Source of the DNA: Paraspadella gotoi
Lineage: Eukaryota > Animalia > Chaetognatha
Direction: 5' to 3'
Assembly (NCBI GenBank): GCA_051294375.1
Contig: CM119269.1
Location: forward strand, 9,794,782 to 9,858,781
Length of the DNA: 64,000 nt
In this document: positions 1 to 12,368 of the stretch, in pieces
Numbering within the stretch: position 1 is the stretch's first letter
Layout of the letters: each line of letters begins with the position of its first letter
The notes under the pieces: generated by a model
The model's input: only the letters and a program-made list of their open reading frames with translations
The model's database searches: none
Told to the model about the DNA's origin: nothing
Translations under genes and position numbers: made by a program

Positions 1-45
1 CGAGGACGACGACAATGACGACGATATTTACTATGTCGACGATTC

Positions 46-715
46 TGACGATTAAGATTTGTGATTGCCAAGAATTGATTCTATTGATTGACGGATTAAG
101 ATTTGTGATTGCCAAGAATTGATTCTTGATTGACGATTAAGATTTGTGATTGCCAAGAATTGATTCTTTGATTGACGATTAAGTTTGTGATTGCCAAGAA
201 TTGATTCTTTGATTGACGATTAAGATTTGTGATTGTCAAGAATTGATTCTTTGATTGACGATTAAGATTTGTGATTGTCAAGAATTGATTCTTTGATTGA
301 CGATTAAGATTTGTGATTGCCAAGAATTGATTCCTTGATTGACGATTAAGATTTGTGATTGCCAAGAATTGATTCTTTGATTGACGATTAAGATTTGTGA
401 TTGCCAAGAATTGATTCTTTGATTGACGATTAAGATTTGTGATTGCCAAGAATTGATTCTTTGATTGACGATTAAGATTTGTGATTGCCAAGATTTGATT
501 CTTTGATTGACGATTAAGATTTGTGATTGCCAAAGATTGATTCTTTGATTGACGATTAAGATTTGTGATTGCCAAAATTGATTCTTTGATGACGATTAGA
601 TTTGTGATTGCCAAGAATTGATTCTTTGATTGACGATTAAGATTTGTGATTGCCAAGAATTGATCTTTGATTGACGATTAAGATTTGTGATTGCCAAGAT
701 TTGATTCTTTGATTG
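46..715. repeat. 42-bp tandem minisatellite, about 16 copies
   Basis: Unit GATTAAGATTTGTGATTGCCAAGAATTGATTCTTTGATTGAC repeats head-to-tail with few changes; it explains the 14-aa periodic ORF 96..656. Confidence 0.95.
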
Positions 716-1343
716 AAAATTACCCAAGAGCAGATGTGAATATTTTTCTATCGAGAGATTACATGGGGTTGTTTTTCGCTTTTATTTTTATAATGAATAC
801 TAAAGTAGATACAATGTCGTAATACAGCAAATACGGTAAATAACGTCAGCAATCAATAATATCAATTGGTTCTGATCGCATTATTTCTATCCTTTTTCCT
901 TGTATTCCTCCTCTCTTCCTTCTTTCCTCTTCCTTCCCTTCCTCTTCTCTTTTTCTTTCATTTTTCCATTCCTCTTTCTCCTATTCCTCGTTTTTATTTT
1001 CTTCTATCCTTCTATTCTCTTCCTTCTCTTCCTCTTCTCTATTTTCTTCCACCCTCCTTTTCTCTTTCTTCTCTTCTTCTTCTTATCTATTTTCTTCAAT
1101 CCTCCTTTCCTCTTCCTTACTTTCCTCTTCTTTTTTCCTTTCTTTCCACTTTTCCTCCTCCTTTTCTTTCTCCCCTCTTTTTATTCCTTCCTCCTTTTCT
1201 CCACATTCTATTCCTCTCCTTTTTTCCCTTCCTTACTCCTTTCCTTTTCCTTCTCTTCCTCTTCTCTAATTTCCTTTTCTTCCTCCCTTTCTTTCTTTTC
1301 CTTCTCTTCCTCTTTTCTTTTCTCCTTATCCTCTCCTCCATAC

Positions 1344-4300
1344 TTCGCCCCGACTCTAAAATTTCGCCTCCAAATTTCCGCCAATCGATGTCGAAATTTC
1401 GCCGCCAAAGCGACGCCGCCGATCAGCGCTGCAGAGGCCGACAGCGCCGCTGCGGTATCTCCGCTGGATCCTGCGCCGCGGGACGACGGCTGCGGTGCGG
1501 CTACATTTGGAGATGAAGCAGCCGCCGCTGCCGACGCTGCCGACGCTGCCGCCGCCCCTGACGCTGAAATTTCTGATTCGGATGTCGAGTTCAATGCAGG
1601 CGTCGAATTGTCTTTGCCTCTTGGTTTTGCGTTAAGGTCCTTCAACGTTGTGTTTGCTTCTAAAGTTTTGTCTATTTCTTGTTCTGTTTTGGTCGGAGAA
1701 ATAGTTGCCATTCCCGTCGTTGCCATTTCCGGCGACGATGCCACTTTCTGCGCCGCTACCATTCCCATCGAAGCCATATCTGGCGACGTTACCACTTCCT
1801 CCGGCGTTGTTGCCACTTTCCTCTTCGTCTCAACTATCGTCGTTGCCTTTTCTTCCGTCATTGTCGCTCTCGTCGTCGTTGCCACTTCCACCGAGGTTGC
1901 CACTCCATCCTTCCCTTCTTCCTCTCTGGCCACATCAACGATTATTTCCCCGAAATTCGGCGTCACTCCGAGCATCGCGTAGTCTTGGTGGTCGACGTCG
2001 CATCGAAGGACGTTTCGCCCGGGCTTCAATTTCGGCGTCGTCGCCGTCGTCGTCGCCTCGAACGTCTCTTCTCCGAGATCTGGACGTTTACGGAGATCGG
2101 GTGCCACCTCTGACCCGAATGGGACGCCGTCATGGGTCAGAATGAAACGCGAGGCCGGGCGGGAAGTGACGCTGCAAGAGATGGTGGCGTTGGTGGCGTT
2201 AGTGGCGTTGCCGAATACAATCGACGCTGTTGGGGAAGTTCCGTCGGAAAGAGAGACGTTAAAGCTAAGGAAGAAACGATAGGAGGGGACAAAAATTATG
2301 ACGCTTAAAGCGAATAAACGTATTAATTAATTCATTAATCATTCATTAGTTCATTGATACATTGATTTATTAATTCATTTATCATCCATCCGTCAAAACG
2401 TCAATCAATCGGTCCAAACACCCATTTTTCCTTACATCTAAGTATCAGAGAGAGATTAATCAGTCCAATTAATCAATCAATACATAATTCATCTACAACA
2501 AACTAAATGAATTAATTGCTTAATTATATATTTAACTTGAATTAATTATTAATTAATTAGATGTACCGTTATCAGATTGTGGTGCAGATCTCCCGACATT
2601 CGTTCTGCTCAAACTGTTTTATGTTAGCAACGTGTTATGATCTGTTAAGATCAAAAAATTGAAAAGTCAGAAAACAATTACCAAGATTATCAATGTATTA
2701 TTTAATTACTTCTAATTATTGTAGGCAGATCTGAAAATTGTTTTGCTCAAACTGTTTTTATGGCAAAATTGAAAAAACTTAAATTATATTCTTTTTTCGA
2801 AACGCTTTCATTCTTTCATTCTCCTCATCATTAGTCCTATTTATTATTCATTGATACAATAGGGACCATGTATAAAAACAGTTTCAGTTGTTTCACAATA
2901 AGGCAACTCGTTAAAAACAACTTAATAAAACATCTTAAAAGCAACGTGAAAATGTTCAACATTGCGGCTTTGCACTTTCCTCATTTCAAATATTAAATAT
3001 AAGCCAGATATTCGCTTTCTTCTTTTGTATCACTCGTCGGTGTTGCACGTTCGCGTCACGAAATCGGGAAACTTGGGCACTCGGATGTCAAAATCTCTGC
3101 CTTCGAGACGTAGAATTTTTTGTTTCCCAAAAAAATTAAAAAGCGAACCTACAGCTTTATATAAATTTAATTTTGTACTAATTTTTTTTGAAACATCATT
3201 TGGCCGAGTGCTTAGGGCGAGCCGGATTCACGGTAGCGAAAGGTTTCGCGTGTTCAAATCTGGCTGAACTTCTTTTACAATAAGTTTGAATGTCCGCAAA
3301 AGTGGTCCGTAGAGCAATGGCTTACCCGAAAGGGGAAGTTAGCCTATTGAGTACTCGATAACAAGACAGAAAATCTCTTTTTGAAAATTATACATTTGTA
3401 CTCGAGTTACAGAGCTTGCCAGTCTCAGAAAATTCTAGACGGATGCTACTGTACTCTTTCTTTCAAAAGTATTTAAAAAAATGACAACTGTTTTTATAAC
3501 TACGCCCAATAACAATCTTGTTAATAAAAAATTCGGCAAAAGGGAGTACATGCACTTATTTCTATTGTATTACTCAGATACTTAAAGTTCCATAAATATA
3601 TAACTTAGATAGAATAATATTGTTTGTCATTTAGTAGACATTATCACTTTCATATGTATCCACAACATCGCTAATACAGTTGATTATATGATTATTAAAT
3701 ATGTCCATAAAAGAACCTAATTAAGAGAAAGATTGAATTTTTATCAAATTGGTTGAAAAAGTTTGTCCGACCTACGCTCATTGAGAATAAAGGTTTTTGC
3801 ATCGAAAATCAAAATATCCAAAAAATAAAAATAGGCCCTAGAAAAGATCGAAGGCCAGAGGCTGATTTTTTTAGAATTGCAAAATTGTTTCCTATAACTC
3901 GAAATCCATTATTCCATCAAGTTTAAATATTTTTTTCATAAAATATCAATCAATTTATTTTTTATTTAATTAAAATGTTTTATGATGTTGGTTATTTGTT
4001 TGAAAGAATTGAACAAAAGTCGCAAAAATATAGTAATTATAAAGAGTTTTTTGAAACTATCCTTTAAATATTAGAATAATTAGACACATAGGGAAGTAAG
4101 CAGAGAAAAATCTTCCCATCCATAAAAAAATTGTTAAAATTGTAATTGTCATATTGTTATTTAGATTAATTGACTAATTACATACGAATGAATTCATATA
4201 CAATGAAAAATGATGGTCTCAAATTGAAATAATTCCTCTTGATCTCGGTTAATATTTAGTTATCGTTAAAAGTTTGTGTTTGTAATGAATGATTCAATCA

Positions 4301-7300
4301 TTCTTTTTGCATTTATTAAAAGCAATGTCACATTTGGTAAAGCGTTCGACTCATAATGCTTCATCTTTTTTACTATTTTTGATCTAGTTAGCTTTTTTGT
4401 TGATGGGCAAGGGTATGGTCAGACACAGTAAATGTTCAGTATATATATCGCACATATTACAAAAGTTAATCAATTAATTTGGCTTAGAAACATTTTAAAG
4501 GGACAAAATCAGCACGTGACCGTTTCGCCACGTTATTTTTCATCATTGTGTCTTACAAAACTTTAATTCCGCTGAGTTAATTTTTTTTTTCTTAAACGAA
4601 CAAAAGGAATCCATAACTTTCTATTATTTTTATAAATTTCTGGGGAAAAAACATATAATGAATTACATTAACATTGGGATATTATGAAAGTAATATGTCT
4701 TGTGAAGCCTGTGAGAGTTAAATAATTAAAAAATTCGCCCTAATTTATTATTGAAAAATGACAGTAAAGTGAACAATTGACTGTCTTTCCGGCTCATTTC
4801 AGTAAAACATCCCTGTTGTCTAGCATAAAATAATGTTTACTTTTTGCTGGTGGAAAAGAAAGATAAATACTTAGGCTGTGATGGGGTGAATAATATTTTG
4901 TAGAATTTTGTAAACATGCTTTAATATCAAGACAAGCAAATATTTAAGTTAAATAAAAATTTTTTATATATTTCTTATCCAAAAAACTTTAAAGTTTTAC
5001 TAGAGTACAATTTAGCCTTTTTCCTTTCAGAATCACTAAAAAGAATTTAATTTTCATTTATTTTTATGGGGTTTCATTAAGTTTTAAAATGCATTATAAT
5101 TTTGATTAGTTTGACACTCACCTGTAAAGAGGTTTCAGCAAAAAATAATTCTAATATTGTAATCTTGTATTGCCCAATGATTATGGCTTCATTTTGGTAC
5201 TATTGCCATCCCTGTTCTTTGTTCCTTCAAAAAGATATCAGGAAAAAATCATTTTTTCTCTTCAACCTTCCTTTTAATTTCTATTAAATAAAAATTTCAT
5301 GTTGTCAAAACCAGACCAATGGACTTGACCACGTTGGTTTACTATGAAGAGTTTGGTCAATAATGAAAAGAAAAATTTGGCAAGCCCTTGAGACAAGAGG
5401 CTTTCTAAATCTCATAATTCGAAGTAATATTTATAATGTTAACATACCCTAGCCCCGTTAACAATTTTCGAAAATCAAAATTTCCCGTTCATTTCTATAG
5501 TAAAAACAAAGGCTTGAAAATTCTCCGGAGATGACTAGTGCATTTCCCCTGGCTTGTTTGATATTCAAATCCTTTATCAAATGCCATAAGACGAATTTGG
5601 CTGCTCTTAAGATATAATGCTATCGGAATCGTGTGTTTTTACAACTGTTTTTTATCCGAATTTCTGGCAATCTCGTTTGCAATTTGGGTAGTCAGATTTT
5701 AACGGAAAATCTCTATTAAAAAAATGTTGAATTTTTTTTAAAGGAAGATACTCGTCTAGAATATTGGAAAGAAGACTGGAACAAAACCGATGAAAATTTG
5801 AACACCACCAAAAAACCTATATTATAATGGAGATAAAACGTAACGAGATACGGTGACTACATCTGTTTTTGTAGATAATATTGAAAAAAAATAGCCGTGA
5901 AGTTAAAAGAGTCGCTCTCGCCCATCATATTTTAGGTAAGGGGAAGGCTTATTAATGGATGAATGGTTTGTATGTAAAGGAAGGACANNNNNNNNNNNNN
6001 NNNNNNNNNNNNNNNNNNNNNNNNNNNNNNNNNNNNNNNNNNNNNNNNNNNNNNNNNNNNNNNNNNNNNNNNNNNNNNNNNNNNNNNATATTCGGATAGC
6101 TTAACCAGAGTAATTCTTGAAAACTTCAGAGGTTCTTCTTATAAAATCTTAATATTTCCAAAAAGGACAAAAATGTAAAANNNNNNNNNNNNNNNNNNNN
6201 NNNNNNNNNNNNNNNNNNNNNNNNNNNNNNNNNNNNNNNNNNNNNNNNNNNNNNNNNNNNNNNNNNNNNNNNNNNNNNNNNNNNNNNNNNNNNNNNNNNN
6301 NNNNNNNNNNNNNNNNNNNNNNNNNNNNNNNNNNNNNNNNNNNNNNNNNNNNNNNNNNNNNNNNNNNNNNNNNNNNNNNNNNNNNNNNNNNNNNNNNNNN
6401 NNNNNNNNNNNNNTATGGTTTTTTTTGGCATTTTCCTTCTTTTAAAGAAAACAGTTGATGTCAAATTTCTAAACAATATTTTTACAACTGTGTTTCCTCC
6501 ATCGTTCAAAATTTCAAATTATCGTCGTTGTTTCTGTCGATCTTCATCCCGACTGATGAGACACACCCAGCAAGCCAAAATTTTTTTATTGTAAAAGTAG
6601 TGTAGGGAAAGATAACACTAATTCCTAACCCTAATCCCTAACCCTAATCTCTAACCCTAATCCATAACCCTAATCTCTATCCCCTAATCTGACCTCATCC
6701 CTAACCGAAACCCTAAACAAATAATCCTCGTTTTTGTCGATCCCGATGCTGACTCTGAGTCTTCCAGCCATGAAGAAAATTTAGCTTTCTTAACCACTTC
6801 AAAATCGCAGTTAAAAAAATAATTTACTTAGTAAATGGTTCTTATCGAAGTGTTAAAAAAAAATTAATTTGAAAATCATTTTGGCTTTACTCATTTTGCG
6901 GATCGTTGCGGATGAAATCCCGCAACACATTTCAAGTCATCGTTATTAAATATCTTTATCATTATATTAATTTTAGAAATCGGTATTAGTGGATTCCCTT
7001 CATGGTCATTCCCTATATAATTTTAACGCTAGTTTTCAAAAACTCAGAATACCAGTTAAAACATTTTTGTAGGAAACAAATTGTATTTAAATATCCTATG
7101 CTAAGGTATGCCGTAGTCTGTTTTTAAGTATAGATTTTAAATAAAATAAATAAAGTAAATTCATCACTAAAGTTCCTGGGAAATTAAGCTCTCGAACCAA
7201 ATGTGAGGTCTGTACAATTACGATGAACAAAGGCCTTATATCTCCTAAAGAAAATGATTTTGACAACTGATATTGCTTGCAGAGCGGTTCGATGATATAT

Positions 7301-10300
7301 CCCTAAATAATTATAAAAGCATATTATATTTTTTTTGAGATTCGAACTAACTCCTTATTTCCTGACTAAATAAAATAAAAATTATTTCTGATGATCAGTT
7401 GGCGCGGGCTTAATTCAAAGCGTTCTCGAATAATATGCAAAATTTAAAAAAAAAACAGTCCCAAATAAAAACTTATTAAAAACAAAAATCGTCGCACAGT
7501 GTCCTTGTGGAGTCCCAAATGCTAAAAAAATATTTTTTTAAATTTTTTATATTTTGATTATTATAATATCCCATACACCCTTATATATAAAAATATTCCT
7601 ATTATTAAAAGTATATTTATAGTGTTAAGAATAAATTTTTTCTATTCAATCCGAGAAAGGTAATACTATATATCTAAAAAGATGTATATTTATTTTGTAT
7701 TAAAAATTATTTTATAATTAAAATTAGCTATATTTTTTTAAACTGCCCGATACATTTTTTTTTATGTATTGATATAATTAAAAAGAATAAGATTTAAAAA
7801 TAAAATTTTAATTTTTAATAAAATATAAATAATTATATTAATATAATAAATCAAAATAATTTTATTTTAGTATTTTAATAGTAAAATAATAATAATAATA
7901 ATAATAATTAATAATAAAAAATAATAATAATAAATAAAATATAAATATTCATTTTTTAATTATATATTTTTTAGATTAAATTATTTTTATTTATTATTAT
8001 TTATATATTATAATTATATATTTTATTAATATTATATAATCTGATAATAATATATATTTATCTATAAAAAATAATTTTATTTATTTATTTTAAAATTATA
8101 CAAAATTATTTTTAAATTATTTTAATATTCAAATAAATTTTAAAAAAATTATTTTTTATAGTTAATAAATAATAAAAAAATTATTTTTTAACTGAGCGGA
8201 TTTTTCTAAAAAATTCAGGCCTAGGATCGCCACTGTGCGCCGGTTCTAAAGCTTAGTACTACGCATAGTACTAATCTTTGTTGGATCAAAACGAGCTCGA
8301 TTTTAACCGAAAGTTGATCGGTTTAAAGAGCGATTTTTGCGATTGCGCCTTTTATTGGCGATTACTTTTGAACAGATTGTCGGATTAAGATGAAATTATG
8401 CATGTAGATAATGTTTGCAATTGTTTATCGAACGCTACCAAATTTGATATAAAACAATGAGTTGTTTAGAAACGATGCTCATCCCCATATAACAACCGTC
8501 AACCTCTTGAAAGTAGGAAAAGTGGCAAGAATCAGGGCTTTTCCACTGGGCGCGGTTGTAAAAGCTTGCACAGCCTTCTGTGGATGTTTGCAAAAGGTTA
8601 ATGCTGCTGAGAGTAGATTTTTTGAATAGATTGTATTGTTTATTTTTATTTTATATTTGTACCAATTTTTATTATATTAAGTGAAAAGTTTGATTTTTTT
8701 TCAACAACAAATTTTTTATTTTTAATAAAAAACGGACATGTTTCAGCTTTAATTTCAGGCCCTCATCAACGTTTCACAATTTGTAAAATTATTTTGTCAA
8801 AATTTTGTGCAAAAGTAGAGGGAGAGAGAGTTAGTAAGAGGTTTTCCAACACAGAGTTGAGAAAAGTTTAGTGGCCTGAGGTGATGAGAGGCTGATGGTA
8901 AGGACAGATATAGTAAATTTTAAAAAGAAGTGAAAAATGGTCAGAGAGAGAGAAGGTTAGTAACTGATAAGGGGGGCCAGCTTATTTTAAGCTCTATCTT
9001 GTTTTTTAAACTTTCCCTTTTTCATGCACTTAGCTATCCCTCTCTAATATGTTTTTCAAATTTTATTTTCTATTATCTCTTATTTATGAGTAGTTAATTG
9101 TTGACAATTAATTATTTATTCAGTCTAAGAATTGTAAATATATTAGTTATCAACCTTCTCTCTCTGCATATCTTTCTCTCTCTATATCTCTCTCTCTGAC
9201 CATTTTTCGTTTCTTTTCAAAGCTTATTCTATCTGTCCCTACCTTCAGCCTGTTCTCTCCTCTGACCACTATTATTTCTCAACTCTGTATTAAAAAAACT
9301 CTCTCTCTCCCTCTTCTTTTGCACAATTTGGCAAAATAATTTCAGAACGCTGAGGAAGATTTGAAATTAAAGCTGAAACATGTCTGTTTTCTTTTAAAAA
9401 TTTGTTTTTGAAACACAATCAAGCTTTTTCACTTAATTTTACTACACAACGAAACAAAAGGATTATCACAATATTATATTATAACATTAACGCATTAAAA
9501 TATTTGTTTTAATATTTTTCAAAAAAAGCTGAACCTGCCTTTTTTTTTATTCTGACTAAATTTGCAAAAAGCATAATTGAGTTTCTTGATTGAAATAAAT
9601 ATTCAAATCTATAGTAAACAAGACTTATCCTCTGATTAATATAAAAACACTTTAATTTTGATGAATCAATAATGTGAGTCAGTGGGGAAAAAAGTCTTAA
9701 CTCGAATTAATAATTTTTTTATATGTTTATCGTATTTTTGCTTTTTCTTTTGCTCACCATGCCTCTCACTTATTGTAAAATGCTTCAGTTTGATTTGTAG
9801 AGCTAGATAATATATTCATACAAAATTTCATTGAAATTAATTAAGTACTTGGGTCAAAACTGATTCTTTTTTAAAAATGTGTATTTTTTATTATTAAGCC
9901 TTTTAAAATTATACCCTTTTGACCTCATTTATAAACAAAAACAAAATAATTAGGTAATAGAGTTATAATTATATTTATTTTGATTTAAAAATACAAATGT
10001 GCTGGCTAAATAACTGTTTTTTGTTAAAATTCTCGATCTGTTTTAAACCGGAAGTGGTTTGCGCAAAAAGTGGCGCTGAAAATCCATAAAGAGCAACCGG
10101 TAAATTTTTTTATGGTGATATTCGTTTTCTCCACTAAATTTGGCATAAGAAACTTTGCAAGAACCTAGAACTTTTAAAAATGTTTGATATTTCTGGGAGA
10201 ACTGTATTCCCTTACCTTTGGCTCCATACCCTAACCATAATTCTTAACCAAATTCATAATTCTTAACCCCACACAAAATTTTTAAACTCAAAAACTTAAT

Positions 10301-10668
10301 TTCGGCTGTATTGGGACGAATTTGGAAAAGAAGGCCAGTTTCTTTAATACAATAAATATTTTTAGCTAAACTCTACATCCGACTTAGACACTTTTCCGTA
10401 TACTAGTGTACTAGTAAAGTAATTCTGAATAATAAAAAATATCTAACATAACGCGTAATATTGCCATTCGTTGTTCGCTTTTAAATTTTAAAAAGTAGAA
10501 ACCTAACTGACATTTTCAATATCGATGCCCACGATTAACCTCCCTTGTTCGCCGCTGCCATGAAAGTTCCAATAAGCTTCTTTAGTGTTTTCTGAAATGT
10601 TGCACGAGATTTGCATCGTGCCATTGAGAGGCGCGTATTCGGTGGGAATACGGTTTGACGAGATAAAT

Positions 10669-10734
<66 letters not shown>

Positions 10735-11505
10735 AAGAAAGTCACGTTTCTTCTTGTGACGTTCACTCAAAAAGTCACAAGTTGCGATTTAATGTCAAGA
10801 TCGCGACTCACGAGACAAGAGTGAATGTTTTGCCCCCATTGGTCACGGACGAGTTGCGTCCGGGGAATCAGCGGAATTTTAAATAAAATAACTGGATAAA
10901 CACATTAAAATATAAATATAAATAAATATCTATATAAAAACAAAAAATAAGCTGAGTCTTAACTACAACCAGTTATGCCCCTCCAATATTTTTACATAAT
11001 CCTTTATCAGATTTTAGGCTTAATTTTTACCTGATGAATAATTACGCAGAAGAAAACAAAAAACAATCGCGGGGTAATTTCGAGTGACATCATGATGCGG
11101 TTTTGTGAAAGTGACGTAGTAAAAAGTTGTGTTATGTTCAATGCTGATTAACTTTCACGATTTAAAAGGTAAAAATCGCTGTGGTAAATTCGCTGTGGTA
11201 AAAATTGCTGTGTATGACTAAAAACCTGAGCTTCGAAAATAATGACGAAAAAAAACCCGAAAACCCGACGAGCGAAAAGTGTTTTTTAGCGAATTTAACT
11301 ACCATTTGTTTTGTTTTTTAATTTTCGAAAGAAAAATCGTAAAAACGTCAAAAGTTTTGAAAAAAAGCGTAAATTAAAAAGGTCTTTACGATAACAGTCA
11401 CGACGAGAGTTGTTGATGGATGCAACAATACCAATTTATCAACAGTAGAATACGAAGTATTTTAGCAATAGTCAACGTCAGTGGGTTTTTTATTGCCTTT
11501 CGCAA
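1344..11505 (-). CDS. Ig-superfamily type I membrane protein (signal peptide, Ig domains, Ser/Thr/Ala-rich stalk, TM); partial model
   Basis: Exon ~11402-11505 is signal-peptide-like (RKAIKNPLTLTIAKILRILLLINWYCCIHQQLS; reads TTG where ATG is expected). It joins in phase 2 to exon 10508-10668 (EYAPLNGTMQISCNISENTKEAYWNFHG, Ig C..W). Exon 1344-2264 has AG/GT ends and encodes ATISCSVTSRPASRFILTHDG...NVLRCDVDH, a T/S-rich stalk, hydrophobic AAALSASAALIGGVALAA and a basic KFRHR stop-transfer. Middle exons were not resolved, so linking these exons into one gene is inference. Confidence 0.65.
6623..6716. repeat. Degenerate (CCTAAC/CCTAAT)n telomere-like interstitial repeat
   Basis: ctaaccctaatccctaaccctaatctctaaccctaa...; similar short tracts at ~10230, ~17470-17550, ~51290-51360 and ~52555-52595. 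Confidence 0.6.
7495..8237. mobile_element. Non-autonomous Transib-like DNA transposon with RSS-heptamer termini
   Basis: Ends are CACAGTG (7495-7501) and CACTGTG (8231-8237); flanks CGTCG and CGCCG form a GC-rich 5-bp TSD with one mismatch; the interior is extremely AT-rich with no ORF. Confidence 0.7.
8730..8774 (-). ncRNA. Minimal type I hammerhead ribozyme (core variant UUGAUGA)
   Basis: Minus strand reads AAACG-UUGAUGA-GGGCCUGAAAUUAAAGCU-GAAA-CAU-GUC-CGUUU; stem I AAACG/CGUUU; palindromic stem III ACAUGU; core C3 is U. Confidence 0.65.
9345..9389 (+). ncRNA. Minimal type I hammerhead ribozyme
   Basis: GAACG-CUGAGGA-AGAUUUGAAAUUAAAGCU-GAAA-CAU-GUC-UGUUU; intact CUGANGA and GAAA core, palindromic stem III, predicted cleavage after C9384. 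Confidence 0.75.
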
Positions 11506-12368
11506 TCGTCTTCAAAGGCTAATGAGATCAATCCGAGCTTTAAACCTAACAACTCTCCCGATTAAAGTATATATGTACGCCCAACTTTTGTCTACATTAT
11601 AATTCGAGATTGTAGAGATGTCGAGGACGCATATCAACGCAATATTTTTATGTTTCTTTTCCGAGAAGTAAATTAAAAGTTCCAAAAAGGCTTCGAGTAG
11701 CGTTGTTAGCGTTGCTAAGCGACGGCACGTATTAATGTTTATTGCTTAATTGCTTATTTCAACCTCGTCACTTAAGGAGGATATATACTATATAATGAAT
11801 TTAAATTTTTATTTTGTTTTTCGTTCAGTGTTGAGTTTTAAACAATATTTTTTGTGAATCGAGAAAAGAAATTGAAAATAAAGAAAAGAAAATGAGAAAA
11901 GTCAGAGGCGTAAATATTTTTTTTTAAAATCAAAAGAAATTAATAGAAAAAAAATCAGTAATAAAGTAAAGAATAAAATTAAGTAATAAATGTCGGGAAG
12001 AAACTTTTGCGGATTAGTATTACTTTGTATTAGTATTACTTTTATTATTAGTATTACTTTGGTACGCAGGATTCTCCCCCTAACATAAACATTAGCAAAG
12101 TTAACTAACACTAATACTATTCTTTATCTACAAAGGTTTATCACATTTCCTAACAACCTCTGCCCCGAAATCCCAGCCTAAGATTCAGGAGTTGTAGCCG
12201 ACGATGTCTCGTCTCCTTCGCCCTTCAAAATCTCCGAAACTGACACCTTCGCTCTTAACTCACTTTCGCCCTTAAATGCCCGACTCAACCTCTGTCCTTA
12301 GATCCTTTGCCTTCTGAAACCATTTTGCCCTATAACGCCCTCCACCGCCCCACCTCTGCCCGGCTCAC

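Larger units (their letters stand above)
8677..9436. mobile_element. Inverted pair of ~290-bp Penelope-like pseudo-LTR remnants
   Basis: Arms 8677-8969 and 9141-9436 are diverged reverse complements; each carries a minimal hammerhead motif near its outer end. Confidence 0.7.

Noticed and set aside
96-656. 186-aa ORF with 14-aa repeats, or a CRISPR-like array
   Set aside because: It is a 42-bp head-to-tail satellite with no unique spacers; the ORF is a by-product of a unit length divisible by 3.
866-1340. Phe/Leu/Ser-rich 'membrane protein' ORFs (also 20888-21674, 58367-58834)
   Set aside because: These are translations of intronic polypyrimidine low-complexity tracts.
6551-6580. CTGATGAG as a hammerhead core (also ~27985, ~39902, ~52787)
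   Set aside because: No correctly placed stem II, GAAA or closing stems.
11710-11723. RFX X-box-like GTTGCTAAGCGAC upstream of the Ig gene
   Set aside because: A single imperfect short match; not supportable without conservation data.
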